A stretch of DNA of 64,000 nucleotides from Pristiophorus japonicus (lineage: Eukaryota). This document shows positions 24,405-38,955 of this stretch, piece after piece (position 1 is the first letter of the stretch; each line of letters opens with the position of its first letter). Both the position numbers and the translations under genes were made by a program. Below the pieces are notes generated by a model. It saw nothing but the letters and a program-made list of their open reading frames with translations. It had not been told where the DNA came from and did no database searches. Where the stretch lies: NCBI RefSeq assembly GCF_044704955.1, contig NC_091993.1, positions 78,616,001 through 78,680,000 of the forward strand, read 5' to 3'.

Positions 24405-26024
24405 CAATTTAGTCATTCTTTGATTCTTACCATCCAATCAACTAATGCTGCCAAACAGTTATTTCTGCTGACAGATCTTGAAACTATTAGCTAAATGATT
24501 TTATTGTAAATAATTCAGTAGGTTATTTAACTTCATAAGATGTGATGGGTGAAATTCACCTTTTAACGAAAAGCAGAAGAGTGCCTGTTTTTCACTAACG
24601 TGTTTGACAAATTCTGTTCTCCCGAATTTTTTTCAAAGCTGTGCATTCCTAAGATTTCTTCGGATTAAAAATAGGCATTCGCCCATTCTTTAGAGGAATT
24701 CATCTGCATACTGCATTCGGAAGTTAAAGGATTACCCCTTCTCTTCCCGCCCCAGTTTGTCAATCTTTTGACATTTTGCATCGGTAAAATTTATATTAAC
24801 CTGCTTGTATGTTGTATGCCTAACAGTTTATTGTGCTTTTCTCTACAAACCCAAGACCGTTACAAATTGTGAAGTTGGGTCTTTTTACTATTGTTTTTCA
24901 ATATTAAAGATTAGCAAACTTAATTGATTTTAGTGTAATTTTTAGGAAATAAGTGGCTGAGAGTTGGTGTCATTTTCTTATTGGTAAAATATGCAGAGTT
25001 TTCTTGCTGAGCTGTGGTTTAAAGCCTGAATGGTAATATTTTGACCATTTTTGTCCTTTGGCACTATTACATTGCACCGTTTCTTCATGTCATCAGGAAA
25101 CTGACATTTTGAGACTTGTTGCAATAAATGTCATAATTCATGAGACACACTTATTTGCATTTACGGCTAAAATATGCTTGAATGATACAAGGAGAGTAGG
25201 ATTCTGCTACATGTTGCCTGAGACACAGATGCCTGTTTTACAAGCCTTCCTGCTAGTGGGGTGGGCAACACATTAATAAATGAGCTGGAGCACCATTGTG
25301 CCCAAAGCAGTTTTTGACAATCTACAAAAACCGGTTGTCCTGAAAGATCCACATTTGAGCTTGCCAAAATTCCCTAATATAAAAATAATCAATTCAGTCT
25401 GTCTGATATTACTATATGCTAACTATCCACAAGGAGCAGTGTTGGCATGGAAAGGAGTTCATTTATCCCTGGGGTAGGTTTTGGGCGTTAAGCATTGCCT
25501 GGGAGGAGTGCAAAATGGAAACTCCGGCATGGAGGTTCGGCATTGAAATTAATGCTTTGCAAGTCCAGAGGGTTCTGTTACCAGGTGTGCAAATCTCTCC
25601 TCCAGATTTTCCTTTGTGCTCTGCCTAGGGCTTGCCCACCTAGGTGGTAAAAGACTAGAACATCTACACATCTCCCAGTGTCCAAAATGTGGCAATACAA
25701 AGTCTTTGACACAGAGAATGCATGTACTTGGACTAGGGCATAATGAAGGTACAATGATTTTTAATAATCTGATATTAACATGGTTATAGGTGTGATCATG
25801 GACACCATTGGAAACTGACAAGTTTTCAAGCTTCAAATGGGTTTTATTGAAAATTTAGTGTCTGGATTTGGGTTCAAAGCTGGATCTTGTACATGTCACC
25901 CAAGCTTAAAGTGAATTGAGCAACTTTCACTTAACATAAGGAACCTTGTCATCGGCTCCCTTTAAATATATATTTTTTAATCAACAAATTACAAAGATTT
26001 AATTACAGTTGATCTCTCTTCATT

Positions 26025-27060
26025 CATAGAATGATACAACGCAGAAGGCCATTCATCCCATCATTCCTGTGCTGGCTCATTGAAAAAGCTATTCAGTTCG
26101 TCCTGCTCTTCCCCCTAGCTCTGCAAAATGTTCCCCTTCCAACTATTTATCCAATTCCCTTAAGTTATTATTGAATCTGCTTCCACCAGCCTTTCAGACA
26201 GTGCATTCCAGATTGTAACTTGAGTAAAAATGTTCTTGTCACCTCTGCTTTTACCAATTGCCTTAAATCTATCCGAGGGTCATTGACCCTTCTCCCATTG
26301 GAAACACTTTCTCTTTATTTACTCTATCCCAACACTTCCTGATTTTTTTTTTTATCACCCCTATAAAATATCTCCTTAACCACCTGCTCTAGGGAGAAAA
26401 AGCTCTGTTTCTCTAGTCTCTCCGTGTGACTGGAATTTTTAATCACTGGTACCATTCTAATTTCCTCTACACTCAAAGTCTTCCAAAAGTGTGGTGCCCA
26501 GAATTGTACACACTTCTCCAGCAAGGCCTAACCAGTGTTTTATAAAGGTTCTAAAAATAACTTCTTTATTTTGTACTCCTGTCTCTGTTTATAAAGCCAA
26601 CTGTTCTGTCTGCCTTCTCAACTTGTCCTGTCACCTTCAAAGATTTGTGTGTGCACCCCCCAGATCTCTGTTCCTGCTTCTCCCTTTAAAATTGTATCTT
26701 TTACTTTATATTGCTGCACCTCATTTTTCCCTACAACAATGAATCCTCTAACTTCTGTTAAATTCCATCTGTCTGTTTCACCTGTGACTGTCCTCCTGAA
26801 GTCAGTTACTATCCTCCTCACTGGTTACTTTTGTTTAAGTTTCATATCTGCAAACTTTGATCTATATTAAGGATCTGGACTTGGATACACAGGCCATCAT
26901 TTCAAAGAGCAGTGGTCCTAACCCTGACCCTTGGGGGAAAGCACTACACATTTCTCTCTAGTCTGGAAATGACCGTTCACCACTGCTCTCTGCTTTCTGT
27001 CCCTCAGCCAATTTCATATACACGCAGTCACTGTCCCTTTAACCCTATGGGCTTCAATTT
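26025..27060 (-). mobile_element. Decayed CR1
   Basis: LEKCVQFWAPHF remnant and 3' tail on the minus strand. Confidence 0.8.
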
Positions 27061-28544
27061 CTATTTAAAGTATTGATGACATTATGGTGCTGGCCAGTCA
27101 TTTCCCTGTAAAGGGATAGTGCTAGTAATAAACCCAGGATGATTCAGGGTCAATTATGTGTGTTCAGCTGTCTGCACTATAAGGCTCATTAACCTTCCAG
27201 GCCAGCAGTCTCAATTACATCAGTGCACACTACACAAATAATCTTCAAAACCTGACTGCAGCACAGAATTGGGATGTGCATCAAAATCCTGCAGGATTAC
27301 AATTAAAAAGATGGGATTTATGGAAAAACCTTGGACAACCAGCCAGTGCGATACTGCAAATGCTGGGAATCTGAAACCTTAAAAAAAAGAAAATGCTGGA
27401 AACACTCAGTGGGTCAGACAGCACCTGTGGAGAGAGAAACCGTTAATGTTTCAGATCGCTGACTCTTAATCAGAACTGGAAGTTAAGCGATTTAACAGTA
27501 AGAAATGTAACGGTTTATATGGAAGTACAGTGCCAGAGGAGGGGACAATGGGGAAGATCTGAGGGTGGAGGGTAGGAGTGATTAAATGACAAAAGGAATA
27601 AAGGACACGTGAAGAAACAAATGGGTCTAGAGGAGATGGAAATGGTAAGAATCATTTAGAAAGTAGGTTTTTCAGCAAGCTATAGTTAATGGTGTTTAAA
27701 ATATATTTCTACTATGCTGGTTTAAATTTAAAGATAACCCATGTTTTTTTTTCATAAACTTAGTTTGTGATGTAGTCAGGCTGTAATGCTGCTGCATATG
27801 AATAGCCCTTTTGCCTGCTGCGTCATTCTAGTGTAGTGTTGCATTATCTGGACACAGCCTTTCCGTGCCTAGGTTATAGTGTATCTGAAGTGATCCTCTT
27901 TTAGCAGCATACCACATGCTGAAGTGCTGTTGACTCCTTAATGCATTCATCTGTCTGAATTTTAACCCTTTTCAAAGGTTTTAATTTTTAACATTTTTTT
28001 TGTGCTTGTGATCACTTAAGAGGTTGATTCTCTAAATTATGATATTTAGAAAGTGATATGTACAAAATACACAATCACGGAACATTACATTGATTACTAT
28101 TCCTGGAACCTTCTAAAACTGTGCAACTCTTGCCATATTTTTGGCTATGGGGAATAGCAGAACCACTGATATCCTGAAATAACTTGATGGTTCGCTCAGC
28201 TGAAGCAAGTTGCAGAAATGGTGTGCTGGTGCCAACTTAGAACCAAGGTGGAATTCGGTTCAGTGTGTCCCTGTTCTGCAACATTTACCTTGTTGCACTG
28301 ACAGGCATGGTATGAAAGGAAAATATGTACATGTTGAAGGCTGAAAAGGCCCTTCAGTCCTCTGGGGTTTAGCATTTAGTGTAACCCTCATGCACTTAGA
28401 GCATTGTCATTACAACCGTTATGTGCTGCTGCATTATGATGTCATGATTTATTATTGAAGATGGGATTTTCAACAGAGGATGCATTGTAAAATGTGATGT
28501 AGTTTAGAGGAACTACAGCCATACTGTGGCAATGTTGAATCAGT

Positions 28545-29075
28545 CATCATCATCATAGGCGGTCCCTCGAACGAGGATGACTTGCTTCCACATAAGTTCA
28601 CAGATGTTTCAATGAAGGACTTGATGATCCAGTCCTGAACTCCAATTGATGGGGTGGAAGATGCCTGTGCGTGGATTTTTTTTTCACGTGTGGTGATCAT
28701 TGCACATCAGCCACCACACGGGCTTGACAGAGCTAGGCCTTTATCCAGTGGCAAGGGTTAACCAAGATGACTGGAGACCTGCTCTGCTGCACAGACCTAG
28801 TGCGCGCACACATCGCAGTGTGGGCTAGCCCGTGCCGCCCCTGGGTTCTCCTCTTCTGGGCCCCATACCCTCATTTCGCTGCACCTCACCATGATCTCTC
28901 GCCGCTCCTCCGCACCAAATGTTCGCCGAACCTCTGTCACGATCACCCACCAAATCTCAGCCATGATCCCTCATCACTCCTCTGCCCCGATCACTCATCA
29001 CAAGTCTGCCACGACCTTCCCGCTCCTCTGCTTTACCAGGGCCCAGCCGATGCTCCTACCCACGCCCCAAATTAG
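28545..29075 (-). mobile_element. Non-autonomous retroelement with (ATG)n tail and 3' stem-loop (RTE-like tail)
   Basis: Inverted copy of 39060-39590; 3' end gcaagtcatcctcg-ttc-gagggaccgcctatgatgatg. RTE assignment is tentative. Confidence 0.6.
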
Positions 29076-32000
29076 TACACGGACTGAATATAGAAGCCCA
29101 AGCAGCTGTTGGAACAATTCACCAGGATAGGAGAAAGTAGCGGAACTCCACAAATGATCAAATAATTGGAACAAAATAACAGTGCAGATTTGCTCTCAAA
29201 TTGACAACAACTCAGGACCAGCCCTGTCACTTGGTCTAGTGTGGTATAATCTGCATTAAGATTACAGTGGGACACAAGGATGAGAACTACTCAACATTGT
29301 GTGCACTGGAGGCTTGAAGACATAACGTTATTGATGTATAAAATACAAACAAAGCATACTTGCAAGAACTTATAATAAAAATCATTGATGGGCCAGCAAG
29401 GAGCTAGGAGTACCTCAACAATGGTAGCATTCCAAGTTTGTGATCGTTGTGTTGTGCCACCAGATTACTTGTATAAGAATCTGGGATCTCCAGTTTGTAC
29501 TGTGAAGACTGCAAAGTAAAATTAATCTGAAACACAAACATTATCGTTTGATAGTACAATTGTTTTCAAATAAATTCTGTGATGCTCCAATGCAAAATAA
29601 TATCCATTAAGCAAATGCCTGATTTGTTCCTGATATTTAATCAATTAGCATTTCCAGAAGAGCCACAGTGGAAGGTGAATGTTGTGATGGGCATTGTCAT
29701 GCAAATCATAAACCCTGCACATTTCTACACTTAGCCTATGTCATGTGAGTTTCAGTTCCACAATTGTATATATAAACTCCAGCGCATGTCTAATGTATGA
29801 CATTCATCACTAGTTGAAGCTCCATGATGGAGGGGTTAATATTTTAATAGAATGCTTATTTTATTTGCCAGCATCTCCTGTTCAAGCTGTTTTTATCCTT
29901 TTATAGAAAGGAGCACTAAGTCTGTTGGTATTGTACCTTTTATAACGTTTCATTCCTTTCTCAACCAATCAGTTCAACGCTCAATTCAGTTGCCAATTGA
30001 TCTAAATGGTCTGTGATAGTCCATGCATGTCCCAATATACTTAGGAACAGTCACCCTTGTGAAGAATGTTGTCTTTGTTCATGGTACCATATGGACAACA
30101 CTTTGGGGGTCATAATACAGTCACAGAGAAGCCACAAACACACCCTCCTAGGTGAAGCAAGCATACTTAGAAATAAAGGAGAAGGGTATGCTTGATCTAA
30201 GACTGTGTTAATTTATAGAATCATGGCTGCGGCAGCTCCCCCAAAGATAACTCCATTAGTCCCACTCCCTCGTTCTTTTCCCCTTTTCCATGTTACCATT
30301 AATTGGCATCAAGTTGCTGATAGGAACAAAAAAGCATTTTGACTCCATCTGGCTGACTCAGCATTTGAACACACAACACACAATTCACTGCCTATCTCCC
30401 TCAATTGATTTTGTGCCGAAGTCCTGTCAATCTCCCTCTTGCAACTACTCATGAACAGCTTTGATTGCTTCCCGGGGCAATTAATTCCAAGTGTAAAGTA
30501 GTTATATCACATTTGTCCATTTACCTTCCCTCTTCTGAGCTTCATCTCCTACCCCCTCATCATTGTTCTCAGGGCTGTGGTAAAGTTTCTCAGGGTTACT
30601 GATATCCTTAAGGATCTTGAATACCTCAATAAAACCCTGTCTCAATCTTCTGTAACATAACAAGATCAGCTTGTGTAGTTTCTCCTTGTAGTTCAGCTAT
30701 CTGATGCTTTGCATTATCTCCTTACTGCTCACTCTGTTTCCTATTGTGTTTCTTACCCAGTGGCATAAATTAACTTTGTAACTCTTGTATTCTGGATTTA
30801 AAAGTATCCCATTTCACTAACAAACTATTTCAGTCCAGTTCCATTAATTGCTTCCTTATTCCCCTAAAATCTATTTCCTAAAATTAAGAATCTTCATTGT
30901 ACTTATCTTATCCATTGAGAGAAACATGCCAACCTCATTAAGGGTAAGGTCATTTGTTCAATCATCTCGCTTTGTTACACCACACTGGATCAAGTCACCT
31001 CTCGTGCTTCTTCATGCCCTGTGTCAAAATTATTAGCATGTCCAGAAATAAATTGCTTTGCTCCTGCTCCCTGTTGGGCCATTTTAATCAATTGGAACTA
31101 TGACAATCACATTTGTGCTCAAACTTACCCCCCTAACCGGTTTGCACAGCTCAGCAGCTGTTGCCCCCAATTTGATCTGGTGACCTGTAACATATCCTGA
31201 CAACTAGATACTAACAGATCTTGGTCTAACTTAGAACTTACCAACAATAAGGCAACACAACCAAGAACAGCCCATTTCAAATCTCCAGGTCCATACCAGT
31301 GAATAGCAACTACAAGTGCAAATCAGATTGATTTGCTATATTCTTGGATATGCTTGATATAATATATAGTCATTACTTTAAGATGACAAAGATCTAGGTG
31401 TGGATGGTACAGCACAAGGGAAATTAAATATTCCAATATATAAGATTACCTCAATTAAGCAAAATTAATCACTTGATTTATATTAGAAATCAATTGGTTT
31501 CTGAGAACATGCCCATGATAAAGAGAAAGTCCACTATAATCCACCCATTGCTGGGATCAACTATATTTAGTGACATGGCTGATTATTTTTGGAACATCCC
31601 ACAGAATGTATATTTTGTATTGTCTCAACAAACATCTTTCCTTTTGTTTGAACTCTAGTTTTCTGTAACTTGTGCCTGTTCTAGTTGACCGTTATGGTTT
31701 ACCAGCTATTCAACTGTGTGGCAAGAAACTGATTCTGTTCTTGCCACACTTTGCATTACAAGTCCCTGGGTAATGATAGAGAGCAGGAACTTTGGGTGCT
31801 TTCCCTCCCACCCCATCCCCCTTGCTAGACCAGGAGTATGAGCACCAATAGTAATACCTCTGCTGCCTCCCCAGCAGAGCTCAGTTAAAGTCAACACAGA
31901 CCACACAATGAACCTGAGGCCTTGATGCACTGCTCAGCTCCACATTGCGCAGCACTATGCAATCCTTCAGAAGACAGCCCATAGTGAGAACAGAGCAACT

Positions 32001-33289
32001 TATGCAGCCCCTCTCTTAACAAAAGACCATGTCAGCCATAGCAACAGCATAGTGAGAGGGAGTGACCATTTCACCAATGAGGAAGCCTTAAACAATGTAT
32101 GCTGTAACAAATGTATTGGTCTATTAGAGAATTAGTTATGGCTGTTGTACATGCTGCTTATTAATGTAAATTGCTCTTTTAGTATGAATTCCATTCTGAT
32201 TATTAGACTAGTATGGGTAGAAAGGGGAATAAACTGCAAGTCCTGCTATTGAAAAAGAAATACCAGCAAAAAAACAATTATTTCTAGACTGAACAGAATG
32301 TTTTGTGAAAGGTTTGAAATTCATGGGTTTGTGTAGGTTTTAAGACAGAAATGAAAGTCCGAGCAGAAATCTTATTGTAGGGGCTGTTTTCTCAATTTCA
32401 GATATATCTCCCCCTAATGCCTACAGTGTATTAATCCTGGAGAAGAGGCATTTAAAGGCACTTTCATCTGGTGCTTAGGGGGACAAATAACTTCATTGGA
32501 CGATGAAAGAACTGAGCAGCACAAAAGGTACGCAGTTGATATTTTATTGTAAAACACAGTGTCGGTGTTGACTGACTTGTTTTGGATATAGTCCCATATT
32601 GCCAGCTATGATATCTGCTATATAGCACAGGTATTCGATATGTGAAACATTCCATTTTATTACCACATTCTAAACCTAGATAAAAACAAACTTTACAGAA
32701 TTAAGGCAGTCCTATTATTTGAAATAACAGTGCATTATCAGGCAGCTCTAAACCATTCCTAAGGTACAGGTCACAGTGACTACTTTCTAAGAACTGAAGT
32801 TGAGAAACAAACAGAAAATGGTAATTCAATTAAGTTAAGATGCATGGTAAGTGAAGTTAAAGCAAATCCTTTCAGTTCAATCCAAGTGAAATAGAATAAA
32901 TGAGTTTAGCTTCTTCCCAGATGTCCCACTGCATGGCGTAGAGCTATTGAAGTGATTGGCATACCGCACCCAACATTCTATAATAAAGAAAAGTATACAA
33001 TTAATGTTTGTATATTTCAGTGAGTGGAGAGCATTGGATAAATGTTACTCTTGCTGGTTGACCTTTGGCTTAATAGAAGCAAATGGGTTTTCCTTAGACT
33101 AACATTTCAGTAGACTAATGGGAATGTACAATGCAGTATTTGCTTGTACACCTATTTTAAAAGACATGCAATTACACTCAATTTGAACTGTTCAGCCACC
33201 CATATAATCAAATTACAGATGCAATCCCAACAAATTTTATTTGTAGGGATTTTTCTCGCTACAGTTGTATATATTATAAAAGATAAACC

Positions 33290-33745
33290 AAGCGAACTTG
33301 CATTTATAACGTACCTTTCAAAACTTCATGGCGTCCCAAAGTGCTTTACAGCCAATGGTGTACTTTTGAAATATAGTCACTGTTGTAATGTTGGGAAATA
33401 CGGCAGCAAATCTGCGCACAGCAAGCTCCCACAAATAGCAATGAGATAAATGACCAGATAATCTGTTTTAGTGATTATTGGTTGAGTGATAAATGTTGAC
33501 TAGGATCCCCAGCGAACTCTCCTGCTCTTCTTTGAGTAGTACCATGAGTTCTTTTACATCCCCCTGTGAGCGCAAACAGGGCCCCGGTTTAATATCTCAC
33601 CTGAAGGACGGCATCTTTGACCGTGTAGAAACTCCCTCAGAACTGCACCGAAGGATCAATCGGGATTATATGCTGAAGTCTCCAGAGTGGGGTTTGAACA
33701 TATGACCTTCTAACTTAGAGGCAAGAGTGCTACTGGTGAGCTAAG
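33290..33745 (-). mobile_element. Near full-length Deu-domain SINE
   Basis: Head, Deu core and tail in reverse complement; partial copies at 18280-18410, 22925-23050, 34633-34845, 43890-44750, 56983-57095 and 57775-58003. Confidence 0.85.
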
Positions 33746-35551
33746 ACCACCGCAAAGGATTATCAGGCATGGATTACAGGGTGAACGGGTTAGCAGCTCC
33801 AGTTTACTTCAGGCTGCACCCATCATTTGCACAATAGCTTCAAGTTGATGCAGAACTGTATACATATTTGCAAAACACTCCAGACCAGATTAAAAGACTA
33901 TTAGTGCTGACTGCAGCCAACTCGTCGTTACCACATAATTAGAAAGGTTTCCATCCTCATTGTAGTCCTGACTGGATTACCCTGGTCTTTAGTATGCCCT
34001 CCCCTAGACTGGTTGACCTATAAATATTGGGACAGCTGAAATTGTACACGGAAACATGAGACCATCAAATGTCATAAAACAATGCAACAAAGAGTAAGGC
34101 AGCGCAGAATATCAAGTCTAAAGCTGTTATCTAGGGCTACTGCTTCAGCTTAAGTGTTTCCCAGTATCTTTGAGATGAACGTTTCTAAAGTGCCTAATAT
34201 GTGAATAGCAATTTGCACCAATTAAATTAATTTTTTCTTTCTGAATTTTAGAATTAAGTTCTCTTTTTTTAGGATTACTGCAACATTAGCAATATGAAAA
34301 TAAAAAGCTGGTGTATCAGAAGAGTATTTGAATTGTGGCCAGTCTCAATCGACAATTCTATCCATGGTCTACTGGTTAACTCCATAGTTTCTCAGTCATA
34401 GAACTTTCATTCAAAATGTGCATTTAGCTAGATTTTAATATGCATATCACTTTTGGCAAAATCTTTGGAATAATCTCTGGTGATGACATCGTAAACAGAT
34501 GCAAAAATATTTTGCCTGGTTGGTGCTTCGAGCTTAAACTTAATGCATTCAAAAAACTGTCCAAGGAAATCATCCCAATTTATACAGAATGCCTACTAAT
34601 ACACTTCAAACTCCAGCTCTAGGAATCACACAGCAATATTTATCCCTCAATCAACATAATGACCAGATAATCAGTTTTTTTATTATCACATTGCTGTTTG
34701 TGGGAGCTTGCTGTGCGCAATATGGTTGCCGCGTTTCCTACATTACAACAGTGACTACACTCCAAAAGTACTTCATTGGCTGTAAACCCCTTTGAGATGT
34801 CCGGTGGTCATGGAAGGTGCTATATAAATCCAAGTCTTTCTTCCTTTCATTACTGAGCAAATACCACCCGATGAGGAGACTGGGATTTTGGGTGATATTG
34901 ATTCAACCATCCGTTATACATCTCTTCTGATTTTCATTTTTATTGACTTCACTGGAAATGAAAATTGGGAGAGGTGTATGACTATATTATAAACCTAACT
35001 GCAAAACCTTGGTTTTAGATGTTAATCTGTATTTTTGGTTCTCTGAAGGATAATAGGTACTTTATTTGTAGGCTCCAACTCAGACATGGGAAAGATTTTA
35101 ACCACTGGCAAGTCTCAAAGTATACAAGCTCTTACAGGTGAATGCATTACATCTTAAATGGCCGAACTATCAACGAGGGTTGATTGTAGAAGTTGTTCAA
35201 AATGTACATTGTTTAATAGATTAACAAGTCCTGGGCAAAGAACTGGTATGTGAACACTTGCTCATTAGTATAGAATGCAAACATCTCTTGCATTGCACCT
35301 TTGAACTCAATTGAATGGCAGCCCTGAGTTACATCCTTTTTAGTTGGGAATATGTACACTACTGACTTTTCCCATATCTTTCATTCAGTTCAGTTTAATT
35401 TCTGGAATTAACATTTGGATTCTGTGGCCTGATACAGGAACTATACTGCCCATACACAGCATTATATTGTCAAAAGTCAATAAAAGACTGTTTCATCCAC
35501 AAGTTTAATAGCAAACTATGTAAGATATCTTTTCTAGAAAAGGGCATTTTT

Positions 35552-35582
35552 TATATAATATATATATATATATATATAATAT
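35552..35582. repeat. (TA)n microsatellite
   Basis: Direct reading. Confidence 0.9.
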
Positions 35583-38500
35583 TTGTATCCTCCATGTATT
35601 TCAGTCTCTTACTGCTTTTATATAATTAACCTGAACAGGGCCATGTGATCTTTTTTTTCAATAAATAAATCGGACTAATAGATTTAGCCTGAATGGAATG
35701 GTCTGACAGCATGGTGTTTACTGCCATTTGGAGTATTCACAATAAGATGGTGGGCAATGCACATGGTCTCCAATCCATTATACTCTAATTAAGGAATAAT
35801 AGTTAGTCCTGTGGCATGTTATCCTACTCACACGTGCACAAGGGTGCGGGTTTAGGTTCATAAAAGGGTTGGTCTGCCTGTGGAAGTTGCACTTTTTCTG
35901 TGAACAATTATAAATAAAGTGTTGGGGAAAAGCTCAAACTGTATTAGAGGCAGTAGTTTGTTTATTTTAAGTAAGTTAGTGCCTCTTAAAATGGCAGTTA
36001 AAGGAATTGCATACTAGGCATTAGTCGTTTTTAAGTCAAGGCATTAAACATTTTATGAAAATGTGTTCAGTGTCATTCATTGTTGGATTTAATTAATTCA
36101 CTTAACACTAAATATTTCATTTTTAATTTATGTTTCTTGTGTGGGTTTTTTTTACTATAAAAACTGCTAACCATAAATAATTGAGACATTTACTTCAGGG
36201 AATTAACCAGGCCATATTAAAGAAGTATAAAGAAGCTAACACCTTGTGAGGGAATCCAAATTCCTTGCTGTCTATTCAATGTGGAGGCTTTAAAATGGTG
36301 ACTAATCCCAGGTTTTAGGTTATTGTTGGCTCTCTTTGCCTGTCACTGAGTTCATGGGTTACAGCAGCACTGCCCTGTGTATGTTTTAGTTCCTAATTTC
36401 TACATCTGTTGAGAGAATCTGCTTATTAACTGCTGCACTCTGCAACACTGCTGTGATTTGCAAGAACCAATCTTCATCAGAGCATACTGACTGATCACCC
36501 TCTTGATAAGCTGGCTGATGAAATATATAACAGCAGTTGAAAATTATCAAAGGGACAGTCCCGATCTTGGTCCAATGATAGCCATTTTACACAATTGGAG
36601 TTACGGACCTTCTAAAGTTAAAATGAAACAGAAACAGCTGGTGTTGCCAAAGGCACTCTGATGTAATGAACACTATACATGAAAGGAACAACTGATGCTG
36701 CTTGGATCAGGTTCTGATATCTTCAACCCTATCCAATCGTGATCAGTTGCAGGCCAGACATTATGAAGTTCACTCACCAGGCCTACAAATTATCTCCGTA
36801 CTGATGAAGGACTATACATTCAACGTTAATCTCACTTTTTAAAAAAAAAACAGATATTTATAGATCTCCCATGTATTTCCAGCATTTTCCATATTTGGTT
36901 CCATGAATATTAATAGTTTTTCAATTGTTCAAAATTTGAAGAATGTCTTGAATATGAAGCCTTTGTAAAATGACCCTTTCTCCAAGGATTCACCTTTCTC
37001 AGATGAAAATGTCACAGAAGATGAACTTCTGTTATCTATCAGCTCTCATTTTCTTCATCCCTGCATTATAGCTGGCTGCTTTTGCCAAGTCCAAGGCCAA
37101 TAAAGATGTCATTGGGACTGAGCAGGTAAAGTTGATCTCAGCCAGGTGGTGGTAGGCCTCAGAGCCCTTGGTTAGAAAGGGGGAAAATTGGCCATGGTTT
37201 CCAATCCTGATCATTATCCAGCAGCCCCTACTGGAAGTCTGGATTTGTGGATATTGGGAGAGGACAGGATCAAACTCAGCTGTTGCTCTGTTTATTTCAA
37301 TACAAATTTTACCAGAAAGCATGTAATCACTGTTTGGAGACACTCAAGGTGTACAGTAGAAAAATGGTGGGATGTCATTGAGGAATGTCAAATATTAAAT
37401 GGTGTTGAAAGGTTAAACCAGATCATTGCCTTCAAATACACCAGAAACGTAGCCTAGAGGACGTAAGTATAAATGAGTGGAAAGTAAATTTCAACAAATA
37501 TTGGGAAGAACTTGTTTATTCAAAGAGTGATAGAAACAAAATCTAGTAAAATCTGCATGGCAGATTAGTTGAGGCAAACATTAAGGATGTTCAAAGTGCA
37601 GTTGGACACCAAGAGGGAGAGTTTACAGCATTAGATGGATGAACTCCAATGAGCAGCAGAATGACCTTTCCCGTATTGAATTGATGTTATAATTCAACAT
37701 GGCTGCCATGTCCAAACAGTTGATCAATCAAAAGGCACCATTTTAGAAGTTTAGAAAGCATTCTCAATATAAAGAGAGTTGCCTGAAATGTAAACTCTCC
37801 ATGCCACTCTGTTCTGCTTCCACAGCAACGCTCAGTAGTTAAGAACCCAACACTAGTCTGCAGTACCAAACACTTAATTTTCCATTTCAAGTGTTTTCAC
37901 AGCGGCCTAATTGTTTTAGAGCAAAATGTTGTTTCCTTTTTTAATAAAATATAGACTCTTTGTAAAATTCTAGTAGCTTTCTAAAGTGGACATTTACCTC
38001 AGCAGAGAGAGTGCATTCTCCCAGCTCCCTCTCGTACAAGTACTCAGCTTCTGTCTCACTGAGCTGGAGCACAAGGCAGAGTGTCAGGAAGTTGCTCTCA
38101 ATATAGTTATGAACACCTCTGAGCACTGTTATAAAATTATAATATTCCCTGCAAAAATATGCATAGTGTCACTAGAGGTTTTCAGCATGGTAGAAAAAAA
38201 ATCACGCTTAAGTCAATACATTTTAATGTTCTGCAATATGTTTCTTGTGATGCCTTTAATCCCTCACCAGAAATTGTTATCACTCCCACCAGTGATAAAC
38301 CTGTAAACGTCAATATTTCACCCCGACATTAGGCAACTCAATGCTCTCAAGTTTGGTAGGACAAATCTATAATTGTACCACTGTGTTTTTCACAATGTAA
38401 ATACATAACTATAGTATTATAAAATCTTAAGACTGTGCACACTTCCTGTCCAAAAATATCTCACTTCCTGTTGTTATATTTTTGTCACACTTTTGTCAAC

Positions 38501-38955
38501 TTTTTTCCATTCTAAATTACTATGTTCACACTTATAATGGAAACTGTAAACTTGTCATGTCATAATTACACCCTCCTACCAGCGGTGGTGCTGTAGCACC
38601 TCAGTTTTGCATTTCCCAGCGCATCACTCTGTACTATAAACTACTGTACTTCTAAAGTCCCTCAAGTTTTGCAATCTAACTATAAAGAATAATATAAAAT
38701 CAATGTATAGAAAAATAAAAGCAACATGTATAATTTTAAAATAATGCTTAAGCTTGGTGCAGCCTGTTCCAATTATCTCTCACCCGCTAACCCTATGTCA
38801 TCTGAAGGCTACACTTGGCCTGGACGCTCTGTGTACAATATCACCAGGAAATCAATTAGAATCAAAATAAAACTCTTCAGACTTCCTGCTTGAAATGCTT
38901 ATTTCCTGTTGCAATCATTTAGTAATGTATTTGTGCCATTGGTAAAGCCGACAAA

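Noticed and set aside
35072-35137. 66-nt AG..GT bounded frame-preserving segment
   Set aside because: Isolated, with no recognisable homology; could arise by chance.
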